Positions 57,404-64,000 of a DNA stretch of 64,000 nucleotides are shown here, in pieces (within the stretch, counting starts at the first letter, position 1; the number at the start of each line of letters is the position of its first letter). The DNA comes from an uncultured Alphaproteobacteria bacterium (GTDB taxonomy: Bacteria; Pseudomonadota; Alphaproteobacteria; Rhizobiales; CAWCWK01). Under the pieces are notes generated by a model that did no database searches, was not told where the DNA came from, and worked only from the letters and a program-made list of their open reading frames with translations. The stretch covers positions 1,921,356 through 1,985,355 of the forward strand of contig CAWJFE010000005.1 of assembly GCA_963842125.1 (NCBI GenBank). The letters are read 5' to 3'. The position numbers and the translations under genes were made by a program.

Positions 57404-57885
57404 GGCCCGGCGTCTACGACGAGGCGAATGCGCATGGTCGCCGTCTCCGGCCCTCGCGAGACTTCGATCGATACGTTCCACGCCCCGGGATCGAGCGGCT
57501 GCTCGGCGCGGTAGGTCGAGCCGTCCACGCGGGCGAACGTAAGAGGCGTGTCCTCGACCTCGTTGACAGCCCGGCGTGCCACGGCGGTCAAGGCGGTCGG
57601 GTAGAGGTGCTCGCCGGCAGCATCGGTGAGCACGAGTTCGAGCCGGCCCCGCCGGGCGGACGCCTCGACCTGCCAGCCGAGCGCCTTGTCGGCTCGCCCC
57701 TTGGCGATGACGGCGTTGTAGCGCTGGCTCTCGACATAGGAGTTGGCGACGAGAAGGCCCGACCAGGTTCGGTTGGCGAGAAACGCCATCGACAGGTTCA
57801 CGAGGAGGGTGGTGGCGAAGAAGGCCGCGAGGATGAGGGCGACGTGGCGGCCGGTGAGTTCGCGCGGTGCACGAAGCGCGCTCAT
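57400..57885 (-). CDS. fixH: FixH
   Basis: 161-aa ORF with a single N-terminal TM helix (HVALILAAFFATTLLVNL). Its position between fixG and fixI, and ATGA overlaps on both sides, support the call. Confidence 0.8.
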   Translation of the reverse strand: MSALRAPRELTGRHVALILAAFFATTLLVNLSMAFLANRTWSGLLVANSYVESQRYNAVIAKGRADKALGWQVEASARRGRLELVLTDAAGEHLYPTALTAVARRAVNEVEDTPLTFARVDGSTYRAEQPLDPGAWNVSIEVSRGPETATMRIRLVVDAGP

Positions 57886-59468
57886 CGCTGCGGTCCCGAG
57901 AAGCGCGTTTCGACTGCGGCACTCTCACGGCCTCCGACTTCGAAGACCTCGAAGGCGAACTTGTCATTGTCGGTGCCGAGTTGGTCCGGGTCGGCCTGCA
58001 CGAAGACGCGCAACTCGCGGACGCTATCCGGTTCGGCGGAGACGGTGAAGCGGCGCGCGGGGTCGAGCGCGCTGCCAGGCGTCCACATAGCGGCTCCGGG
58101 CAGCCCGACGAGACCGACGTCGAAATCGCGGGGGCGCGGCGTCATGTTGAGGATCTTGAGCGTGTAGCCATTGCGAACGTCTCCCGAGGAGAGTTGGACG
58201 AATTGCGGGTTGCGATCGTGGAGGACGTTCACATCCAGCCGATCACGCACCGTGACGGCGTAGACCATGCCGAGCCCGATGCCTGACCAGAGTGCGAAGT
58301 AAAGCGCCGTGCGCGGACGCAGCACGTCCCGCCAGCCCGGCAGGATCTGCCGCGCCGTCGCGTCCGCCCGGCCGGCGATGGACGCCCTCTCGGCGTTCTC
58401 CTCGTAGTGTTCGAGGGTCGTGTAGGAGATGAGGCCCTTCGGGCGACCCGTCTTCTCCATCACCTCGTCGCAGGCGTCGATGCAGAGCGCGCAGGTGATG
58501 CAGGGGAGCTGCTGGCCGTTGCGGATGTCGATGCCGGTCGGGCAGACGGCGACGCACGCGTTGCAATCGACGCAGTCTCCGACATCGAGGCCTTCCTTCA
58601 GCGCCCGCTTCCGGTGGCGGGAACGCGGCTCGCCGCGCCAGTCGTTGTAGGTGACGGTGAGGGAATGCTTGTCCATCATCGCCGCCTGCACGCGCGGCCA
58701 CGGGCACATGTAGGTGCAGACCTGCTCCCGCATGAGCCCGCCGAAAACGTAGGTCGTGAAGGTGAGGACGGCGACGGTCGTGTAGGCGACGCCCGGCGCG
58801 TCGCCGCGCAGGAACTGTCCGAGCAAGGTCGGCGCGTCGGCGAAGTAGAAGATCCAGGCACCGCCCGTCGCGAGCGCGATCAGCAGCCAGGTGGTGTGGA
58901 CGGTGACCTTCTTGGCGATCTTCCCGCCCGTCCACGGCGCCGCATCGAGCTTAACGCGCGCATTGCGGTCGCCCTCGACGAAGCGCTCGACCCAGATGAA
59001 GAGGTCCGTCCAGACCGTCTGCGGACAGGCATAGCCGCACCAGGCGCGCCCGACGGCGGAGGTGACGAGAAAGAGCCCGAGGCCGGCCATGATGAGGAGC
59101 CCGGCGACGTAGAAGAACTCCTGCGGCCAGATCTCGATCCAGAAGAAGTAGAAGCGCCGGGCCGGCATGTCGATGAGGACGGCCTGGTCGGGCGCGTAGG
59201 GCCCCCGGTCCCAGCGCAGCCAGGGCGTGACGTAGTAGACCGTCAGCGTCAGCGCCATGATCCACCACTTGAGGCGGCGGAAGACACCGGAGACACGGCG
59301 CGGATAGATCGGCTCGCGACCTTGGAAGAGTTTGGGCTTCTTCGCCTCGTTGACGGGCTCGGCGTCGTATTGCCGAACGCCGGCCGCGTTCACGGCGTCG
59401 CCCGCGCTCGGCTCGGCGACGCTGGCCAGAACTCGCTCGCGATAGGCGTCGATGACGGTGATGGTCAT
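57882..59468 (-). CDS. fixG: FixG/CcoG membrane ferredoxin-like protein
   Basis: 528-aa ORF with RRLKWW, WCGYACPQ and two 4Fe-4S Cys clusters (CVDCNACVAVCP and CITCALCIDAC). Confidence 0.9.
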   Translation of the reverse strand: MTITVIDAYRERVLASVAEPSAGDAVNAAGVRQYDAEPVNEAKKPKLFQGREPIYPRRVSGVFRRLKWWIMALTLTVYYVTPWLRWDRGPYAPDQAVLIDMPARRFYFFWIEIWPQEFFYVAGLLIMAGLGLFLVTSAVGRAWCGYACPQTVWTDLFIWVERFVEGDRNARVKLDAAPWTGGKIAKKVTVHTTWLLIALATGGAWIFYFADAPTLLGQFLRGDAPGVAYTTVAVLTFTTYVFGGLMREQVCTYMCPWPRVQAAMMDKHSLTVTYNDWRGEPRSRHRKRALKEGLDVGDCVDCNACVAVCPTGIDIRNGQQLPCITCALCIDACDEVMEKTGRPKGLISYTTLEHYEENAERASIAGRADATARQILPGWRDVLRPRTALYFALWSGIGLGMVYAVTVRDRLDVNVLHDRNPQFVQLSSGDVRNGYTLKILNMTPRPRDFDVGLVGLPGAAMWTPGSALDPARRFTVSAEPDSVRELRVFVQADPDQLGTDNDKFAFEVFEVGGRESAAVETRFSGPQR

Positions 59469-59503
59469 GGGTCCGGTTCTACGAGGGCGCGCGGCGGCGG
59501 GCG

Positions 59504-59517
59504 TTGATCTGCGTCAA
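59504..59517. promoter_or_regulatory. FNR/FixK box upstream of fixGHIS
   Basis: TTGATCTGCGTCAA (TTGAT-N4-GTCAA, 9/10 match to consensus). Its centre is 42.5 nt from the fixG ATG. Confidence 0.7.
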
Positions 59518-59702
59518 GGACAGCGGTGCGTGTTGGAATGCGACGCTCGCCTTCAGCGCCCCCTCTGCCATCGTAAGAATGGGTTGAGGTGAGGGCGCGG
59601 TGCGTCTCGGCGAGCGCTCGTGTGGGGTCGATACCCCGCTCATCCGCCTGTCGGCACCTTCTCCCGCGAAGGTAGAAGGGAGGAGGATGGGACGGCGTTC
59701 CG

Positions 59703-60713
59703 CTATTGGTTCGCGCCTGGTTCGGCCGGCACGACGATGGCTGCGGGGGCCTCGATGGTGGGCGTGCCGGGCTCGCGTACGCCGCCGCCGAGCGAATGGA
59801 CGTAGACGGCGAGCTTCTTCACCGTGGCCTCGTCGAAATAGTCGGCCCAGGGCGGCATGGCGCCGTGCTTCGGTTGGCGAAGCTGCGCGACCAGGGAGGC
59901 CTTGTCGCCGCCGTAGAGCCAGATCGGATCGGTGAGGTTGGGCGCACCTTGCGTATCGTCGCCCCGCCCGTCCGCACCATGGCAGGAGACGCATTGCTGC
60001 TGGAAGATGGCGGCGCCCTCGGCGGCTCGGGCCGCGTCGTGGTCCTGACCGGAGATGGCGAGAACGTGCTCGGCCACTTGGTCGATCTCGGTCCGGTCGA
60101 GAATGCCGTCGGCGCCAAAGGCGGGCATGATGGAGACGTGCGCGTTCGCATCGTCATCGTTGCGGATGCCGTGGCGGATCGAGGCGTGGATCTCGTCGAG
60201 CGTGCCGCCCCAGAGCCAGTCGTCGTCGTTAAGGTTGGGATAGCCCGGAAAGCCTTGCGCGCCCGATCCGTGGCACTGCACACAGACGAGCTTGAAAGCC
60301 GACGCGCCGCCGCGCTGCGCGAAAGAGGCGAGCTGTGGCGTCGCGGCGATCTCATCGAGCGGCGCCGCAGCGATGGCGGCGTCGATATCGGCCCGGCTCA
60401 CATCGACGCGCGCGATCTCGTCCTCGACCTCCTGCCGGCTAGAATAGCCGAGCAGCCCGGCGGTCGCCTCGTTGACCAAGGGTATCGCCGGGTAGAGGAC
60501 GTAGTAGACGAGCGACCAGGCGATCGTGGCGTAGAGCGTCCAGAGCCACCAGCGCGGCATGGGCGTGTCGAGTTCGCGGATGCCGTCCCACTCGTGACCC
60601 GTCGTCGGTGTGCCGGTCGCGCGGTCGATGGGCTTGCCGGTGATGTGGTCCACCAGCGTCTCGTCGGACGCTCGGCCCTCATCGGAGGCCGGGGCCTGAT
60701 CGTGGTCGGTCAC
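59703..60713 (-). CDS. fixP: cbb3-type cytochrome c oxidase subunit III (dihaem cytochrome c)
   Basis: 336-aa ORF whose GTG start overlaps the fixQ stop (GTGA). It has two CxxCH sites (CVQCHG and CVSCHG) and an N-terminal TM helix. Confidence 0.9.
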   Translation of the reverse strand: MTDHDQAPASDEGRASDETLVDHITGKPIDRATGTPTTGHEWDGIRELDTPMPRWWLWTLYATIAWSLVYYVLYPAIPLVNEATAGLLGYSSRQEVEDEIARVDVSRADIDAAIAAAPLDEIAATPQLASFAQRGGASAFKLVCVQCHGSGAQGFPGYPNLNDDDWLWGGTLDEIHASIRHGIRNDDDANAHVSIMPAFGADGILDRTEIDQVAEHVLAISGQDHDAARAAEGAAIFQQQCVSCHGADGRGDDTQGAPNLTDPIWLYGGDKASLVAQLRQPKHGAMPPWADYFDEATVKKLAVYVHSLGGGVREPGTPTIEAPAAIVVPAEPGANQ

Positions 60714-60883
60714 GGCTTGCTCCGCTCGTCTGGTCTGCTGTCGTTGAGGGGAATGCTCGCTGCCTCGCGGTAGCGCTCGCTCGAACCTCGCCGGAAGATG
60801 AAGACGACGACGAAGAGGAAGATCGCGAAGAGGACGAGAAGCGCCCAGCTATCGGCGAAGTGGCGAAGGGTTTCGTAGTCCAT
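60710..60883 (-). CDS. fixQ: cbb3-type cytochrome c oxidase subunit IV
   Basis: Below the track length cut-off. My translation from ATG 60883 is MDYETLRHFADSWALLVLFAIFLFVVVFIFRRGSSERYREAASIPLNDSRPDERSKP (57 aa). This is the typical FixQ/CcoQ pattern, in the correct position between fixO and fixP. Confidence 0.8.
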   Translation of the reverse strand: MDYETLRHFADSWALLVLFAIFLFVVVFIFRRGSSERYREAASIPLNDSRPDERSKP

Positions 60884-60886
60884 CGC

Positions 60887-61648
60887 TCAGCGCCCCCCTG
60901 TGGCGGGCTCGAACTCGGTCAGGTCGACCAGCGTTCCAAGCATCTGAAGGTAGGCGACGAGGGCGTCCATCTCGGTCAGGCGACGCGGCTGCCCGTCGAA
61001 ATCGCGCTGCTGGACGCGGCTGTTGAAGTCCTCGGCGTAGCGCGCGACGAGGCCGTCCCCATCGGCGTTCGCGTCGGCCTGGGCACGGGCGTCGCGCATG
61101 GCCTCGGCGATCATCTCGTCCGTATAGGGCACGCCGACGGCGCGCTGCGCGGCGAGATGGCTGCTCATGTCCCCGACGTCGAGCCGCGCGTCGAGCAACC
61201 AGGCGTAGGTCGGCATGATGCTCTCGGGGACGACCGAGCGCGGATCGATGAGGTGCTGGACGTGCCAGGCGTCGGAATAGCGCCCGCCGACGCGAGCGAG
61301 ATCCGGCCCGGTCCGCTTCGATCCCCATTGAAAGGGATGATCGTACATGGATTCGGCCGCGAGGCTGTAATGGCCATAGCGCTCCACCTCGTCGCGGAAC
61401 GGGCGGATCATCTGGCTGTGGCAGGTGTAGCAGCCCTCGCGCTGGTAGATGTTGCGCCCCGCCAGTTCGAGCGGCGTATAGGGGCGCACGCCCTCCACCT
61501 TCTCGATCGTGTTCTCGAGGTAGAAGAGGGGCGTGATCTGCACCAGCCCGCCTATGGCGACCGTGATCAGCGACAGGACGAGCAGCAGCGTGACGTTCCG
61601 CTCGATCTTGCCGTGATTGAAGGCCTTGAGTTGCGTCCAGACGCTCAT
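60887..61648 (-). CDS. fixO: cbb3-type cytochrome c oxidase subunit II (monohaem cytochrome c)
   Basis: 253-aa ORF with [11 protein letters not shown] (CxxCH) and an N-terminal TM helix. Confidence 0.9.
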   Translation of the reverse strand: MSVWTQLKAFNHGKIERNVTLLLVLSLITVAIGGLVQITPLFYLENTIEKVEGVRPYTPLELAGRNIYQREGCYTCHSQMIRPFRDEVERYGHYSLAAESMYDHPFQWGSKRTGPDLARVGGRYSDAWHVQHLIDPRSVVPESIMPTYAWLLDARLDVGDMSSHLAAQRAVGVPYTDEMIAEAMRDARAQADANADGDGLVARYAEDFNSRVQQRDFDGQPRRLTEMDALVAYLQMLGTLVDLTEFEPATGGR

Positions 61649-61670
61649 GTGTCGTGTCCTGTGGCTGGCG

Positions 61671-63311
61671 TCATTCGGCGGGCTGTAAGGTGGCGGCGGC
61701 CGGCCTGTCGACCGGCAGGCCCTCGCGCTCGGCGTAGGGGACGTCGCCCCGGATGGTGCGCCAGAGGTTGACCACCATCAGGCCGGCACCGACGAGGTAG
61801 AGCGCGCCGCCGGCTGTGCGGATGACGTAGTAGGGAAAGAGCGCGGCAACGCTTTCGGCGAACGAATAGACGAGGAAGCCGTCGGCATCGTATTCGCGCC
61901 ACATGAGGCCCTGCGTGATGCCCGAGACCCACATCGAGGCCGCGTAGAGGACGATGCCGATGGTCGCCAGCCAGAAGTGCCAGTCGACGAGGCGGAGCGA
62001 ATAGAGCTCACGCTTGTTCCAGAGCACCGGCACCAGATAGTAGATCGCGCCGAACGTGATCATCCCGTTCCAGCCGAGCGCGCCCGAGTGCACGTGCCCG
62101 ATCGTCCAGTCCGTGTAATGCGACAGCGAGTTGACGGCCTTGATCGAGAGCACCGGCCCCTCGAATGTCGCCATGGCGTAGAAGGCGACGGCCAGCACCA
62201 TCATGCGCAGCACGGGGTCGGTCCGCAGCTTGTCCCAGGCGCCCGACAGCGTCATCAGCCCGTTGATCGCGCCGCCCCAGGACGGCATCCAGAGCATGAT
62301 CGAGAAGGTCATGCCGAGCGTCTGCGCCCAGTCGGGCAGCGCCGTGTAGTGAAGGTGGTGCGGGCCGGCCCAGATGTAGAGGAAGATCAGCGACCAGAAG
62401 TGGATGATCGACAATCGGTAGGAATAGACCGGCCGGTTCGCCCGCTTCGGGATGTAGTAGTACATCATCCCCAGGAAGCCGGCGGTGAGGAAGAAGCCGA
62501 CGGCGTTGTGGCCGTACCACCACTGGGTCAGCGCGTCCTGCACGCCGGCGAAGAGGCTGTAGCTCTTGGAGCCTGTCAGCGAGACGGGAACGGCGAGGTT
62601 GTTGACGATGTGAAGCATCGCCACCGTGACGATGAAGGCGAGGAAGAACCAGTTGGCCACATAGATGTGCGGCTCTTTGCGCTTCACGATCGTGCCGAGG
62701 AAGACGACGAGATAGGCGACCCAGACGACGGTCAGCCAGAGGTCGATATACCATTCGGGCTCGGCGTATTCCTTGGAGGTCGAGCCGCCTAGGAGGTAGC
62801 TCGTCGCGGCCAGCACGATGAAGAGCTGGTAGCCCCAGAAGACGAACCAGACGAGATCGCCGCCGAAGAGCCGCGCCCGGCAGGTGCGCTGCACGACGTG
62901 GAAGGATGTCGCGAGGAGCGCGTTGCCGCCGAAGGCGAAGATGACGGCGGAGGTGTGGAGCGGGCGTAGCCGGCCGAAGTTGAACCACGGCTCGATGTTG
63001 AGGACCGGCCAAGCGAGCTGGGCGGCGATGAGGACGCCGACCGTGAAGCCGACCATCCCCCAGAACATCGTCGCGATGACGCCGATGCGGATGACGTCGT
63101 CCTGATAGCCGGAGAGATCGCGCTCCGGGCGGATGAGCCGGCCGGCGTCGTCCCATGTCATCGAGGCGAGCGTCATCAGCGACAGGCCGCCCATCACCGC
63201 GACCATCAACCAGGCGTGGAAGCCGAAGATGTCGTCCTGCGCGAGCGCCGCGAGGATGACGAAGACGAACGCGAGGACGGCGTAGACCACCCCGCTGGCG
63301 ACCGTGTTCAT
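61671..63311 (-). CDS. fixN: cbb3-type cytochrome c oxidase subunit I
   Basis: I prefer the ATG 63311 start ([12 protein letters not shown]...), with GGGGGA upstream, giving 546 aa. It is polytopic and has [19 protein letters not shown] and [12 protein letters not shown], the haem/Cu His ligand blocks. Confidence 0.9.
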   Translation of the reverse strand: MNTVASGVVYAVLAFVFVILAALAQDDIFGFHAWLMVAVMGGLSLMTLASMTWDDAGRLIRPERDLSGYQDDVIRIGVIATMFWGMVGFTVGVLIAAQLAWPVLNIEPWFNFGRLRPLHTSAVIFAFGGNALLATSFHVVQRTCRARLFGGDLVWFVFWGYQLFIVLAATSYLLGGSTSKEYAEPEWYIDLWLTVVWVAYLVVFLGTIVKRKEPHIYVANWFFLAFIVTVAMLHIVNNLAVPVSLTGSKSYSLFAGVQDALTQWWYGHNAVGFFLTAGFLGMMYYYIPKRANRPVYSYRLSIIHFWSLIFLYIWAGPHHLHYTALPDWAQTLGMTFSIMLWMPSWGGAINGLMTLSGAWDKLRTDPVLRMMVLAVAFYAMATFEGPVLSIKAVNSLSHYTDWTIGHVHSGALGWNGMITFGAIYYLVPVLWNKRELYSLRLVDWHFWLATIGIVLYAASMWVSGITQGLMWREYDADGFLVYSFAESVAALFPYYVIRTAGGALYLVGAGLMVVNLWRTIRGDVPYAEREGLPVDRPAAATLQPAE

Positions 63312-63420
63312 GTCATTCCCCCACACCCTTGCGTGACCACGGATGCCGGTGGCCACGACGCTCTGTTCTCGAGGCCGTGCGGCCCTTCCCCTCTGCTAGG
63401 CGGTCGGGCGAAGTGGCGCG

Positions 63421-63434
63421 TTGACACAGATCAA
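63421..63434. promoter_or_regulatory. FNR/FixK box between fixN and the divergent hemerythrin-like gene
   Basis: TTGACACAGATCAA (TTGA-N6-TCAA, 9/10 match to TTGAT-N4-ATCAA). Confidence 0.7.
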
Positions 63435-63564
63435 GGTGGAGACGGCGAAGGTCTGGCAGTGGTGGCGGACCGCTCCGCTGGCGACATTGCTCGGACGATG
63501 GCGCGCCGCGCACGCACCAGCGGGCTGCAAACGCGGCGGAATACACGTGCGAAGGAACGCTGCC

Positions 63565-64000
63565 ATGTTGTCTGCCGGACACCCCCTCAACGATCGCCGC
63601 TCCCGTCCGTGCCGATCGGGTGGATCGCGCCGGCCATTACGGAGCGCGGCGCTTCCCTCCTCGATCCTCAACGACACCGAGCGCTGGAATGCATTGACGC
63701 CGCTCAGCCGCCTGGACGACGTTCACGCACGGCAACTGCGCGTATGCGATATCCTGGAGCGCATCGCCGACGCCCTCCCCCGCCCGCCCTCGCGGCTCGT
63801 CTGCCTGCGGCTGCTCGACATCCTGACCGTCGACATGCCACTTCACCACGCCGACGAAGAGGCTGGCCTCTTCCCGCTCCTCCGACAGCGTACGGCGCCC
63901 GGCGACGGGATCGACGCCGTTCTCGACCGTCTCTCGATCGAGCACGCCGAGGACGAAGCGCTTCTGCCGGAAGTCCTCGAAACCCTGCAGGCGCTTGCGG
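63565..64000 (+). CDS. Hemerythrin-like (HHE cation-binding) domain protein, partial; runs off the window end
   Basis: Absent from the track because it has no stop in the window. ATG 63565 follows AAGGA by 8 nt. My translation reads ...WNALTPLSRLDDVHARQLRVCDILERIADALP...LDILTVDMPLHHADEEAGLFPLLRQR...LSIEHAEDEALL. It shows H..(Q/E) and HHxxEE..LFPLL patterns typical of hemerythrin-like domains. The first 40 or so residues are low-complexity, so the start is uncertain. Confidence 0.55.
   Translation, partial: MLSAGHPLNDRRSRPCRSGGSRRPLRSAALPSSILNDTERWNALTPLSRLDDVHARQLRVCDILERIADALPRPPSRLVCLRLLDILTVDMPLHHADEEAGLFPLLRQRTAPGDGIDAVLDRLSIEHAEDEALLPEVLETLQALA

Overview
This is a 64-kb, high-GC, densely coding chromosomal segment. 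Hand counts of 60-nt lines give about 65-70% G+C in most genes. Gene content looks alphaproteobacterial and Rhizobiales-like.

Gene order:
(1) 1-17.7 kb is a cyclitol/sugar catabolic island. It holds a TRAP-linked minus-strand operon (PhyH-type dioxygenase, PfkB kinase, IolB/KduI-like, class II aldolase, IolE-like, DctP) with two divergent Gfo/Idh/MocA oxidoreductases. It also holds a sugar ABC importer, an RpiR-type iolR, and iolG-iolC-iolD-iolB. The long-form iolC is broken by about ten frameshifts.
(2) 17.8-23.8 kb is a BMP-family ABC importer plus codA.
(3) 23.9-28.2 kb is ugpBAEC.
(4) 28.2-38.0 kb holds an EEP-family gene, lpdA, sucB, sucA, sucD, a 465-bp lower-GC insert carrying a broken orphan ORF, and sucC.
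(5) 38.1-47.5 kb holds a frameshifted 5'-nucleotidase, a small membrane protein, hemH, ggt, murI, a fused aldehyde dehydrogenase and deoC.
(6) 47.7-54.0 kb holds an MCP and an Fe(III)-type ABC importer.
(7) 54.1-63.3 kb holds fnrN, fixSIHG and fixPQON with three FNR/FixK boxes, followed by a partial hemerythrin-like gene.

I saw no rRNA, tRNA, CRISPR array, transposase/integrase or recognisable defence system, and I do not find a clear-cut novel multi-gene system.

The best candidates for something undescribed are:
- the orphan lower-GC gene wedged between sucC and sucD;
- the TRAP-linked iol/kdu-like operon with a PhyH dioxygenase;
- a 108-nt CTAG-bounded intergenic repeat (two copies) whose terminus supplies the stop codon of two unrelated ABC ATPase genes;
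- the unusually clustered same-direction frameshifts in iolC.

All family assignments are from reading the translations by eye. Nothing was searched against a database.
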